Source of the DNA: Vicugna vicugna
Taxonomy: Eukaryota
Direction: 5' to 3'
Assembly: GCA_013265495.1 (NCBI GenBank)
Contig: MU057597.1
Location: forward strand, 1-55,157
Length of the DNA stretch: 55,157 nucleotides
Of the stretch, positions 22,751 to 35,700 are shown piece by piece. Position 1 is the stretch's first letter. Each line of letters starts with the position of its first letter. Below the pieces are notes generated by a model. It did no database searches. It saw only the letters and a program-made list of their open reading frames with translations, and was not told the origin of the DNA. Position numbers and translations under genes: made by a program.

Positions 22751-23472
22751 TGTCTCTAAGGATCTGATGTTTTGATTTCACAGATGAAGGAATTTAGGAC
22801 AAAGGCAAATTTGAAAGCTCATTCAGTCCCATCCCAGCAAGTGGCTGACTCAGGAGTTGAGTCCATGCTGTCCAACTGTAAAGACAAGTCTCTTAGCGGT
22901 GTTGCTACATTAACAAGGCAAATAATTTCTACCCTTCAACTACTCAACATCTGTATTTAATTTTGTGAGTATCTCTTGACATTTTTTAATGGGTTATCTG
23001 CCTATATAATTGTAGCTATGGTGATTTTCTATTATGTCTATACTTTAATTTCATAGGCCAGTACTACCCATGGATGAATATTTAAATGAGACGTAGATAC
23101 ACTGGTAACCACATAATCCTACAGGAAAGATTATTGAAGATGAAGATGGATTTATTGAGGCAAGAATGGTTCACTGTAAGATGGAAGCAGAAGACATATT
23201 TCCCTAATTCAGCCAGGAACAAAGGTAAGATGATACCAACTGTGGAAATAATTGCAGTATTGTGGCTACTGAGGTACCGAAGGAAACATGAGTAAGAGAG
23301 CAAATGTTTTAGTGTAGAGACTAAATTATTACTGATTACAGATCATATAATGACTTCTTTATTAATGGAGGGGGCCACTATGAGAAGTTATTAGAAATGA
23401 CATAATTATTGAAATAGATTTAAAATACATATGTAAAATTACACATATTTCTATATTTCTTCTTATTTTCCT

Positions 23473-23591
23473 TTTTCTGGGGGGGAGAGGGGGAAGGTAA
23501 TTAGGTTTATTTATTTAATGGAGGTACTGGGGATTGAACCTGGGAATTTGTGCATGGTAAGCAGGTGCTCTACCAGTGAGCTATAACCTCC
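23473..23591 (-). mobile_element. tRNA-derived SINE (camelid Vic-1-like)
   Basis: gaggtactggggattgaacc...gctctaccagtgagctata; A/B-box-like head on minus. Confidence 0.85.
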
Positions 23592-23764
23592 TCTCTCCTT
23601 TTTCTTTCTTGAGCACATGCATACATGGTATTGTATTTTCAGTTTCCACGTATAAATTGCTAGTATATAGAAATGCTTTGAGGGGGGAGGGTATTGCTCA
23701 GTAGTACTTTACTCCCAAAAATAGTCTAAGAAAGTAAAAGTCTTTGTTGTACAAAGAGACACAA

Positions 23765-24736
23765 TGTAGGTTGAGACAGAAAAGGCCCCTTAAGGCTGGG
23801 TTCCTGAAAGACGAATTTCCCTGAGAGCTAGCACAGCTGGAGATTGCTCAGAATCCCAGTCTATTCGTCTGGCTGCCAAATGTACACCATATGTGTACCT
23901 TCTGGAGGACAGAGACCAAGCTCGCAAAACACAGAACAAAATGTCTAATAAGATGAGGTTGAACAGTTATATCTCAAAGGCACAGGGAGAGAAACCTAAG
24001 TTCCTGCTATAAGGACTTGTTCCCTTAGGGTCAGAATTCTGGAAAGATGTGTTATCAAGCTGGCTTTCTCTAACTAGTTTTGAAATGTCAAAAAGATCTC
24101 CCCAAGTATCTTTCAACTGGGGTGCCTGGTACCTTTATACACGACCAAATGAAATTCAGGATCATCAACCAATAACTAGGAGATCTGAGAACCAGGAGAG
24201 ACTCACCCCAATTCATATGGACTCACTGAGCAGTCGATGGGTCCAAGAGGCCTTTGCGGGTACCAAGGCGCCAGATCTTCGCAGAGTTCGAGGGAAGGAG
24301 AGATGTCTGCTCTGGGTCACCGAAACCATTGCCTGAAAGAAAAATGCACAGCATAAGAGCTGTGAGTTCAGTTTGATTTGGGGAACTTGCTGAGAACTGT
24401 AGCTTGGAAGAGAGCCAAAGAGGTAAGGATAGAGCCAGAATATGTATGAAACTTTTGCTGGGAAAACAAGTAATGAAGCATAAGAATATTACTGCTAATC
24501 CCAAAGAACAGACATTGCAGGTTAATTATTTTAAGTGTTTTTCTATGTATGGGAAGATGTCAGAATCTAGTCATTGAGATTTTTCCTTAGATAGGCATCT
24601 TAACTATCTAGGGACCAGTATATCCAAAGTACCGAATACCTCCTGTTTTTCTCCATTCAACCCGATCGCCCCTGAGGGCGCACTGTCAATGAGCTTGACC
24701 CTTGTGGAGCCGGAATGGCAGGCAACGTTGTCTTCA
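23765..24736 (-). mobile_element. ERV1-like LTR (24330-24736) with adjacent internal/leader remnant
   Basis: TG...CA bounds; shares gaacagac...gtatgggaagatg...gaatc block with the LTR at 33.9-34.36 kb; TGG-initiated PBS-like stretch on minus at 24328. Confidence 0.6.
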
Positions 24737-24744
24737 TTGCAGGT

Positions 24745-25875
24745 GTTAGTGTGAAATAGCCCATTCCACCCAAAGAGAGTTTTCCCACGCGGACAAATCC
24801 AGTTCTTGTTTGCTTAAACTGCTTAAATTCTAGTTGCCTGAAATGTTCCTGGATCCAGCCGCCACCCCACGTCAACACCCTCCACCTGAAATTCCAGTTC
24901 CCAGACCTCTGAATTGCTTCAGCCTCACCAGCAGGACTAGCCTTCAACCTGCTGGCAAAAACAGCTTTTTTTTTTTTTTCTCATTGAGTCCGGGAGAAAT
25001 AGATTTTGACTTAAACTGTTTTCAACCTCTTTAGAGGAAAACATCTTAGTCTCCAACATAAGTATCCCAACACTCTAAGCTTTTACTTTAAAACTGTTAC
25101 AAACAGGAACTTAAACTAAGGAGGAAGCAATGGTGCATCACAAGACCGTGAAGACTCTCAAGCGTGTTTTATCCCAGACAAGGTACCTTGGGAACCAAAG
25201 GGAGGGACGTGCAGGCCCCGCCCCTCCGTCTCACGGTTCCTGCGCTGCGTCTGGCCCCGTGTCCCGCCCCTCGCAGAGGCGCTTCTCCCAGGCCCCGCCC
25301 CTTCCACTCCGCGCACGCGCAGTTCCCTACAGATTCAGAAGCCGAGACTGAGGAGCTGAGGTCGCGCTCCGGGTGGTGAGTTGATTGTTTTTTCTAGTTA
25401 AACGTACGTGTCGCAGTCCCCTCTTCTCCGTACCCGAGGTTTGGGGGTCCCTACGGACCTTGAAATTCCCGCCCCCCCGTCCATCCCCAGCTAAGTTCAG
25501 TCGTGGCCGTGGGAGGCCCAGGGCCGTTTTCCCTTTGGTGGGAAGTCGCTCTGAGGCTGCTCCCTTCTTCGGCTTTTCTGCTTTCGGGCCACGTAGTCTC
25601 CGCTTTTCTTGCCGTGTTCCTGCTTGAAACCTTTTACTGACCTCAGCACCCCCACCATGTGAAGCCCTCCTCCCCAGGTGGATTCGTCCCTCCCAGCCTC
25701 GCCGTCTCGGCCCGTGGAGGGCGGCGCTGGCCGCCCCGCTCCCGTGAGGCCGCGTCCTCTCCCGGGTCCCGGCCTCTCCTGAGACCCTCTCCCTCCCAGC
25801 CCCTCTGTCCTCCGGTCCCCCTCAGGCTGGTCCTTCTGCTCCGCGGGCCTCCCCTTGGTCGTCAGCCCTTCCACT
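24745..25875 (+). promoter_or_regulatory. Duplicated CpG promoter and exon 1 (unit 2), paralog of ~840-1870
   Basis: Collinear blocks such as gaattgcttcagcctcac, ttttgactta and ctgctccgcgggcctcccctt; GC boxes; NRF1-like GCGCACGCGCA at 25311-25321; donor GTGAGT at 25376. Confidence 0.85.
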
Positions 25876-26734
25876 TGTTACTCCCCATTGAACTCTTTAA
25901 TCAATAGAAATTGGTAACAGGCCAGAGGAGTAATTCAGGCAGGGCTTTATTGGGACTCCGGCTGCAGCAGGTGGGAACGAAAACAAGTAATAGGTTCCTT
26001 TGCCCGCTGTGTGTCGGGGAGGGGGGATGGTTGTGCCGAAAAATCAGCCTCGGAACCTTGGAGGCAGAATTGTGGGAGCAAAGAAGAAAGAGAGCCGCCT
26101 TATTGCTTTGCTGGACAAAGGGAGTCAGCAGGCCAATGCCTCGGAAACTTAATCCATCCTGGGTTGGGGCTTGGTGATTATGTAGGCAAAGGGGTTGGAG
26201 CATATCGGTGGTAATGAGCAATAGAATCTCTTACAAAAGTTTGTTTTGTGTCATGATAACTTATTGTTGTCTGTCAGGTAGGTCATTGTCCGCGGCCTTG
26301 GGGTCTGATCCCACCGGTGTCACGGGGTTAGGGGTGTGGAGGGGTGGTTGGAGGATCTGGCGGTTCCTTCAGTGTTACCGTTCCATGACCTTTCTGGAAA
26401 GCAGCTTCTGGGATTTGGATACAAGTAATTTAGGTAGGGCATACATCATAGGGTCGGAGCTGCCAAGCATGTAATCATTCAACCAAGTTAAACAGTAGTA
26501 GCAAGGAGTAACACAGGTTAGTCAGAAAGAACTCGGATAAAACAAATTAATCGATCACAGTAAACTCTGTAATCTTAGTATCAGGGAAGCCATTTTGTGA
26601 CTCCTTCAAACCCCCACTGTTAGTTCCTTCTATGTCCTGCTTTCTGCTGATCTGGCCCGAAAGCCAGTTGGCAACCCTGGGATCCATCTGTGATGCATAG
26701 GCGCCTGCATCTCCAGTGTTCTGAATTTGATATT

Positions 26735-26811
26735 TTATTCTATTTTGTTTTATTTGTATTTTTTAAATTGAAGTATAGTCAGTTTACAGTGTTGTGTCAA
26801 TTTCTGGTGTA
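26735..26811 (-). mobile_element. Very short L1 tail
   Basis: T-rich tail plus aattgaagtatagtcagtttacagtgttgtgtc. Confidence 0.7.
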
Positions 26812-29705
26812 TGAAATTTTATATTATTTAAAAGAAAGTATAATTTTAGATCAGGTATAAAAGTACAGTGTATAATGTAGTTCATGGTACAAATTTTGTC
26901 TCATGAGGCAAGTAATACATCCAAGGCCGTTTAGTTTTGCCTTGGATGTCTGAACTACAGTTATTTTGACCACCTGTCACGGTCCAGGAAAATATTCTCT
27001 CTTGTCACTTCTTCCTGTATCTAGAGTTACACTGTTATAATTAATTACAAATTTTCTATAGAACTATAAAACAATTTTATAAAATAGGCAATACGCAAGC
27101 ACTATAGCTAGAAATATTGGTAAGGTCATAAGTGAGAATTCAAGTTAAGGTCTTTTATTAGGTGCAGCCCAGTTTACCTCTAGGTTGTCTAATTTAGTCT
27201 GTCTTACGCCAGTCCTCATCTTTACGGGAGATTGTGTATTGGCACTGCCCGTAAGGAATCAGCCCCTTTTCCTAGTGTTATTAGGCTGGTTATCCTTAGT
27301 GTGACTCAATTTTTCCCAACATAAGGGGGCCTTTAAACTTAAATGACCATAGCCTGGTGGTAACCATTTAAGTCCATCCCATAGCTGTGGGAGGTTGTAT
27401 TCTTGGCTGCAGTTCTGCTTATTGCTCTGATTGAACTTGAGTAACTTTAGAAGAAAATTCACGTTTACGGCCAGGGTTAGAGCGCATAGTAACTGGCCAG
27501 GTCAGGGAATCGCACCTGGTGATATCAGCAGTGGCCTGAACAGAACTACATAATTTCTTTCTTCTAGAATAAGTTCCCTAAGGGTCAACTAATGAGACCC
27601 TTTGAGTGGAGAAGTACATCAGGGTAACCCAGAAGTACTGCATATAGGTAACTGGCCATAAGCCTAATAGCTGGGTTAACTGCACCCTACAAAAGATCGT
27701 GAGATACATTTAGTTTTTAAGCAAAGCTGTGGGCAATGATCAGAGTAACTGGTGTGCAGTCCTGGTTCAGTGTCTTGGGTCAGCTGTCTACCCTAGACGT
27801 CGTCTTCCCCTCCTGCTCTGGTAGCTCTTCCTCCATTTGGACGTTGTTTTAAGGTGCAGCAGTCCTCTCTGTAGGCCAGTCCAGTGCAGGAGCCCTTTCT
27901 GTGGGGAAATTAACCCAAGAGTCAGTTTCCTTCCGTTTCACTGTGCGTGAGCTAGTTAAGAGTACCTATTAAAGGCCATTCCATTTAGATGGGAGAGAGT
28001 TCTTAAATTACGTAATTTCTGGTATGCATAATCTCCTGGTTGTAGGTCCTGAGGCATCTAATCTTTATCCACGGATAGAGTACTGAGCTTCAGAAACAAA
28101 CCTAGAGTGTCTTATTTTTAATAATTAAATTATACATCAGTACAACAAAAACAGCAAGGAACTATCTGGGAAGTGCATTTTAGGCCGTAAATACAGACAT
28201 CCATTAATAAAACTAGAATTTAATATCCACTGAAACATAATCTTTTTCTCTCTATACTTACCCTCATTTTTATCAAGTATCGTCAAATTATGATTAATTT
28301 GTCAGCAAATGATGCCAGATTATTTGATCGCATAGGCTCTTGTAAATTGGCTGTATTGGAATTTCTCAGCAGGAGTCTTAGACTGAATTCCCAAAAGGCC
28401 TCTCAAGGCCAGGAAAGCCACATCAGGCACCTGTCACAGATTTTGCCTTTTAGATTTAGGTGAATTCTTCCTTTTTTGAGGTCCCCCAAATACCTTGAGA
28501 TTCCTATACCTGGTAGGGGGTGGTCTTTCTAACTTACCTAATAAAGCTGCTGGGAACCTAAGAGTTTCCAGTCTCTGCAGGGGTCAGATAGAAAAAGATA
28601 AATGCTTCACTTCTGCTTACAAATGTATAGTTTACCAAATTGCTGTAAGTTATAATTAGCTCGAGAATGGTTTCTTTACATCTGAAAAACAGATTAAAAG
28701 CCAGTAATATTTCATAGAGACAGAACCAAAAATTATAACCATATTCATCAGTTTACTGAGCCCCAAGTAACTAATCCTTTTTTGTTTACAGTTTTATGAA
28801 ATCAGAGTTTTCATCAGACTTTTAAAATTTCTTATCCAATTCAGTGCTATAATCTGAAATTTTTCAGAAACCAGTACTTGTCAAAAAGTCCTTTCTATAG
28901 GTCTCCCTGAAGAGAGAGCATTTTGCAAAAGCATAAGAATAAAACAATAACTGTCTACACATGACAGAAGGCTTAAAAACATGGTTAAGCACCTGGTTAC
29001 ACTGTAATCAGTAAAGAAACCTGGTTACAATAACCGGGATTATGACTGGTAACGCTTCAGACATACCAGATTTTTACAGATTCCATATAATTTCTAGAAT
29101 ATCTGTATTAACACTTTCCCATACTATTTAGCCTAAGAAGATTTATTATTCATTTGACAATACTTCCCATATAATTTAACAGACCAAATGAACTTCATTA
29201 GTTTAAAATCTCTCCTTGGGATGTTTCAGGGGCCCTGTGTAGCATCCCAAGGTTAGCTGGAAGTGAAAAGAACTCATTAAAATTTGAATTTGGAATCTTG
29301 TTACCAAAAGCAGATTAACCTTTTAAGAAAACTTTGTCCTCTTAACAGAGTGAGAGAAAACCAAATGTAGTCTTGTACCAGCTTATTCTAAGATTTATTT
29401 ATTCAATTATGTTTATTTTAAACGTAGCCAATCCCAACCATGCACAAAACTCTATATTCTCGGGGTTCTGCTTTCATAAACCTTCCATCACTTTCTGCAT
29501 CCATGTTAGTTTATCCCTCTTTTTTTATCCATCCAGAAACAACTAGCTCTAGTCAAACCTGTTTCTTTCTCCTTAACAAAATACAATTTCATTTCTCACA
29601 CCTTCTATACTGAAAACACACATCCCAGTTTCTTACTGTATGCCTGGAATGTTTAATTTTTTCCCCTACAGTAACTATAAATATTAAAATAGAATCCCCA
29701 ACTCT

Positions 29706-31353
29706 TTTTTTAAATTGAAGTACAGTCAGTTATAATGTGTTACTATCTCATGTACAGCACAATGTCCCAGTCATGCATATACATGCATATATTCATTTTC
29801 ATATTTTTTTTCATTAAAGGTTATACGATAATGAACACAGTTCCTGTGCTTTACAGAAGAAACTTTTTAAAATTTATTTTTATATATAGTTGCTAACATT
29901 GGTAAATCTCAAACTCCCAAATTTATCCCTTCCCACCCCCTTTCCCCAGTAACCATAAGATTGTTCACTAAGTCTGTGATTCTGTTTCTGTTTTGTAGAT
30001 GAGATCATAGTGTCCTTTTTTTTTTTTTAAATTCCACATGTAAGTGACATCACATGGTCTTTTTCTTTCTCTTTCTGGCTTACTTCACTTAGAATGATCT
30101 CTAGGTCCATCCATGTTGCTGCAAATGGCATTTTTTTATTTGTTTTTATGGCTGAGTAGTAGTCCATTGTATAAATACACCACAACTTCTTTAGTCATCT
30201 GTTGATGAACATTTAGGTTGCTTCCATGTCTTGGCTATTGTATATAGAGCAGTTATGAACACTGGGGTGCATGTATCTTTTTGAATTAAAGTTCCCTCTG
30301 GACATACGCCCAGGAGTAGGATTGCTGGGTCATAGGGCAAGTCTATTTTTAGTTTTTTGAGGAATCTCCACACTGTTTTCCATAGTGGCTGCACCAAACT
30401 ACACTCCCACCAGCAGTGTAGGAGGGTTCCCTTGTCTCCACACCCTCTCCAGCATTTATTCTTTGTGGATTTTTGAATGATGGCCATTCTGACTGGGGTG
30501 AGGTGATACCTCATTGTAGTTCTGGTTTGCATTTCTCTGATTATTAGTGATATTGAGCATTTTTTTCATGTGCCTATTGGCCATTTGTATGTCTTCTTTG
30601 GCAATACTGTTTTATGAGCTGTTTATATATTGTGGAAATAGGCCTTTGTCAGTCGCCTCATTTGCAAATTTTTCTCCCATTCTGTAGGTTATTTTGTTTT
30701 GCTTGTAGTTTCCTTTGCTGTGCAAAAGCTTGTAAGTTTAATTAGGTCTCATTTGTTTATTTTTGCTCTTATTTCTGTTGCCTGCGTAGACTGCCGTAGG
30801 AGAACTTTGCTAAGATGTATGTCAGAGAAGGTTTTGCCTATGTTTTCTTCTAGAAGATTTACCACGTCTTATCTTATGTTTAAGTCTTTAAGCCATTTTG
30901 GGTTTACTTTTGTGTATGGAGTGAAGAAGTGTTCTCACTTCATTGATTTACATGCTGCTGTCCAGTTTTCCCAACACCACTTGAAGAGACTGTCTTTTCT
31001 CCATTGTATATTCTTGCCCTCTTTGTCGAAGGTTTATTGACCATAGGTCTGTGGATTTATTTCTGGGTGCTTTGTTCTGTTCCATTGATCCATAAGTCTG
31101 TTTTTATGCCAATACCATGCTGTTTTGGTTACTGTAGCTCGGTAGTATTATCTGAAGTCTGGGAGGGGGATTCCACCAGCATTGTTGTTTTTCTTCAATA
31201 TTGCTTTGGCAATTCTGGGTCTTTTGTAATTCCATATAAATTTTAGGATTGTTTGTTGTAGTTCTGTAAAAAAAAAAAATGTCCTGGGTAATCTGAGAAG
31301 GATCACATTAAATCTGGAGATTGCCTTGGGCAGTTGGCCATTTTAACAATGTT
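29706..31353 (-). mobile_element. 5'-truncated L1 (ORF2 C-terminus + 3' UTR) with TSD
   Basis: Peptide [17 protein letters not shown]...CWRGC...HCWWEC; 16-bp TSD TAGAATCC(C/T)CAACTCT at 29690-29705 and 31354-31369. Confidence 0.95.
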
Positions 31354-33899
31354 TAGAATCCTCAACTCTCAAAAAAGCCGCAATTTCTAGTAAAAACTAA
31401 GAAGTGTGTAATTATGAATTGTCTTTTACATTAGCATTTCGTAGGCTGGCAAACATAAATACCAACAGTGTCTGAAAACCACGTGCTTTCTTATTCTTAT
31501 TAATAGTCCTGAATAGCTTTGGTTTCTCTGTAAAAGGAAACTAATGTTTATTAATTAATGTTTTAGTATTTTATCTCATTTGCATTTGATATACTTGAAA
31601 GAACTTTTATTATAGCAAGCAATTTTTTGCTGACAAATTTGTAACAGATATAACAAAATCTTATTTATTAAATCTGTGTAACAAAAGTATTATATACTAT
31701 GCATAACATCAATGACTCTAAAGACATACTTATATTACTCAAAACAGTGAGTTTTAACTTTAATATTAGTTATCAATCTGATACTGAGTATTTCCCAGTT
31801 CCTGTGAACCTGAAATATATTTTGTTTAGCTTTTGAGAAAAAGTCAACTAAACAGTAGCGTTTTAGAAATCCTTAGTTTGTTAAGCACTTACTTGTAAGG
31901 CAGTTAAATAGAACTCTTTTATAAATTGAACACTTTTAGAGGTAGAGACATCTTGTATCTATGCCCAGACGGAGATCTCATAGTTTTCCTGCTTAAGTTT
32001 TCAACGGCCATTTACCACTTTTTTTTCCTTTGGTTTGAGGTTCTAAGAATTAACCGCAAGGCTGAATGAAGCCTCAGGCACAGCAGGCTGTGTGTGTCTT
32101 TCAAGGATGTGGTAAGAGTTGACTGCAGTCTGGTGTCAAAGTGTGTCAGCCAAGACCCCGCTCTTGGTCATCCCCGGCGTCCTGAGAGGCAGCAGTTACT
32201 GGGGTCCTGAGGCTGCCAGGCGCCTCGGGCCCCTTATTCGCAGTCATTTTTTCACCTCCTTCCAGATGATACATTAACCAAGTTGCGTTACAATAAAACG
32301 CCGTTTTCTTTTCAGTCAGTGAAGAATAGCTGTGGTTTGACCAGTCCTTTAGAATCTTTCCCAAGGGACTGTCAGGTGGAAGTGACGTGGCGCCGCCCAC
32401 TTTATCTAACCGCACGTCCTCCCAGAGACGCAGAATTCCAGCCTCACCCAGAGAGGGGATTCCAACCCTGACCAGCAAATGGAAGCCTCACATTCCAATG
32501 CAAAGGCAGACTCAGATACAACTCAGATCTGGCACAAGCCCAAATTAAACCCAAATCGGCTTCCTAGTCCACTAAGCCCGTGAGCTGCTTTCCAGTTGGC
32601 ACCTTCCAAATGGGGGCTTTGAGAGAGCGCGCCCATCAAATGGGCGGCCCCGAGGGGTCAGGGGGCCTCGGCGGGCACCGGGAACTTACCCAGAGTCTGG
32701 TCGGGGAATCTCCGAAGGGCACTCCCGGCCAGGCCGGAAAGGAGGGGGAAGAAGCCCCCGGAGCCGAGGGGTCCGGCAGCTGCTGGGGCTGCATCTGCCC
32801 CCCCGCCCCGTCCCAGAGCGTCAGCTGCCCGGGTGGCAGGCCTGGAGGGCTCAGGCAGAGATCCCCGCCTTTGAAAAGTGGGGGACCTCGAGTCCCTTCC
32901 TGGTCATGAAATCTGTTGCCCGAAAAATCAGCCTTTGCATCCCCAAAAGCGAATTCAAACTCAGGCAGTTTTGCAAGCAGAGAAGAGAGAGCCGTTTTAT
33001 TGCTTTGCCAGGCAAAGGGGGTCACAGTGGGCTAACGGCGTGGAAACTGAATCCCTCCTGGCTTGGGGCTTGGTGATAATATAGGCAAACAGGATGGAGC
33101 ACATCAGTGATAACAAACAATAGAAGTGAAGTTTCTGGTGGCCCTTCAAGTCGGGCACTGCTGTGGTGTCACCTACCAGGTCTGATCTCTCCAGCGTCGA
33201 GGGGTGGGGGCTGGGCTTTGGAGGATCTGGCGATTCCTTCAGTGTTTTCGTTCCGTGACCTTCTTTCTGGAGAGTAGCTCCTGGGTTTTGGATGCAAGTA
33301 ATTTAGGGTAGGGCATGAATCACAGGGTCGGGGTTGCTAAGCGTGTAGTCACTCAACCAAGTTAAACAGCAGTAGCAAGGAGTAGCACAGGCTGGTCAGA
33401 AAGAACTGGGAGAAAACAAGGCAATCACAGTAAACTCTACAGAGCTGTCTTAGCAGCAGGGAAGCTGTCTTGTTACTCCTGCAGTGATGGCGAGCTGGTC
33501 CCTTAAATGGGGTGAGGGTGGGAGCGGGTCCAGGGTTCGGCCTGGAATGGTGGCTTAGGCGGTCTGCCCACCCCCACCCCCCAGTGGTGGAGCTGTGTGC
33601 AGGGACCATGCGCAGTGCTGTTGTTTGCTCCCAGCACCTCAGGAGCGGCAGTTGGGTTTTGGTCTTTCTGTATCCTGTTGTTCATGGTTGCTCCAGCTGC
33701 CCCCACACACACTTATTTTTAGTCCCATTAGTTTCTTTGTATTCTGTTGCTCCAGGAGCCATTTGTCCAGGTGCACACAAAAAATGGTTCCAGGTCCCAA
33801 GTCCCAGTCTGTCTCATCCTCACTTGGATAGAGGAGGTGACCTGGGCCAGCTGCGTGACACCATGTTCTTCCATCCCAAATTCCACCCTGCTGGAAAAT

Positions 33900-35700
33900 G
33901 TGCAGTCAGTGAAAAAAATTAATCAATAGTCAATCTAAGAAATGAAAAATTTATTCCTGCCAACCTGAGGATTATAGCCCAGGAGACAGCCTCTCGGCTC
34001 TGAGAACTGTTGTGAAGAGGCAGGGGTGGGGGCGATTGTATAAATGGTTTTGGCAAAGGGGTGCATGCAATCAAGCACACGCGTTGGTAGAAGATAACAA
34101 CTATTCTCAAGGAACAGACGTCTCAGTGAATGGCTTAGTGCTTTTCCAAGTATGGGAAGATGCAAGAATCCAGGTTCATACAAATTTCTCCTGTGAATAT
34201 CTGTCTGAAGGGCCTGTTCTGCCGGGTTTCCCGGAGCAGAGAGCGCCTCATCCTGATCTTCGCCCTGAATTCCTTCCAGGCTGTGTGCTGTCGGTCAGGG
34301 GCCGCAGTGGCTAACGACCTGATTCTTGTAGAACTGGGGGGTGGGCAACTTTATTTTATAATCCCTTCTTTCCCTTTTGATCTTAATTTCAGCTGAGGTT
34401 TGGGAGGCGTTTTGTGGCCAGTTTGCCCCACAGCGCTAGGAATGCTCGTTCCCAGGCCCGGCAAGGAGGATTTCGTGGCGAGGCCGTCAGCCTGCTGTGG
34501 CTGGACTACGCCCTGCCGCCTGGAGCCGAAAGCCTCAGACCGTCTGTCTGACCAGCCTGTTACGGGCCTGGAACTGGTCCCCTCTTGTTGCTTCTTCCCA
34601 TATATGCAGTTACACTGTTACAGTCGTTGATCTCACAGGACTGTGTACTTGGTCGGTTGTTTCAAGTTGCCTGAGCACCACCGATTTTATCTGAGGCTCA
34701 GACACACGTTCGGTTGTGCAAGAAACAGTGATCTTGTAGAACAGGCAGAATACAAGTGGGACAGCTAGTGACAGTAACAAGGCCCCAGTGAGTACTTAAC
34801 TGAGAGCTTCCATTAGGCGCGGCCCAGGGTCTCCCGGGTCGGCTGGAGAGTCTGTTCTGCTGCATCAGCTGTTATCCTTAAGGGAAATGATACCTTGTCA
34901 CTGTGCAGAGTTCACCAAGCACACGGGCGAGTGGTGGGTCACTGCTGAAGGAGATGCCCCAGGACGCTCGCTCGCAGCCCCTGGACAGAGCCCCAAGGGA
35001 GGGTCCGTGGTGTCTCGCAGGAAGGAATTCAAGAGTGAGCCAAAGTAAAGTGAACACAAGTCTATTTAGAGAGATACACGTTCCAGAAAGCACACCTTCT
35101 CAAAAAGTGAGCGTGGCCCTGGGGTGTGGAGGTGGTTAGTTTTTATAGGCTGGGTGATTTCATAGCAAACGAGTGGGAGGACTGTTGTGTTTTTAAGAAG
35201 GGGTAGGGGTTTCCAGGAATTGGGCCACTGCCCACTTTTTGTCCATCTGTGGTCAGTCACCTTGGAACTGTCATGGTGCTGGTGGGTGTCATTAACATGC
35301 TGGTGTATTACCACTCTGTGTGTAACCGAGCTCAGGGTCTCCTGGAAGTCAAACCTTCTGCCGTCTTGGGATCTATCCATTTTCTTGTCAAATCCTGCTT
35401 TTCTAAATGGCTTTGTCCCCCTCCTCATTCTTTTAACATTTGTGCCCTGCCCACCTCCTGTCTCATGCTGACTCCTTAGAGGACTGAGAATGTTATCTTT
35501 TAAAGTTACATGGCTGGTGCCAAAGGAAGAGAAATTGATCTTTATGGTTGAGCAGGAATTTCCACCACTGGGGACGTCTGGTTAACGCCTAATGCAGCTG
35601 CACAGTGCACCCCAGAGGGGAGGGAGGAGGCCAAATGGGCAGAGGAAATTTTATCTTTAAACTTTTCCTGTCTTGCCTTAGACTGTGAATTTTTATTTCA
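33900..35700 (-). mobile_element. Cluster of nested ERV1-like LTR/internal pieces (~33900-34360, 34896-35465, 35491-35700)
   Basis: Absent from the paralog, where 1953 joins directly to ~1960; TG/CA-bounded segments; purine tract at 34362-34381 on minus. Confidence 0.7.

Larger units (their letters stand above)
26032..33483 (-). mobile_element. ERV1 (gamma-like) provirus with two LTRs (26032-26608, 32914-33483)
   Basis: Paired diverged LTRs; degenerate tRNA-Arg-like PBS at 32892-32909; MA remnant PPDSPLGKILKDW...FYCNATW (32146-32478); integrase C-terminal remnant DLQPGDY...VLLT...DSWV (27880-28050); AT-rich internal region. Confidence 0.85.
25876..33816 (-). mobile_element. Solo LTR split by a nested provirus (pieces 25876-26031 and 33484-33816)
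   Basis: The two pieces together reconstruct the LTR family at 8770-9238; host homology to unit 1 resumes at ~33817. Confidence 0.85.

Noticed and set aside
26692..26708. Short match to the inverted U3 (gatgca-aggcgcctgc)
   Set aside because: About 16 nt with no extension; compatible with chance
27100..27800. Possible domesticated env in the ERV1 provirus
   Set aside because: No long ORF; at most a decayed remnant
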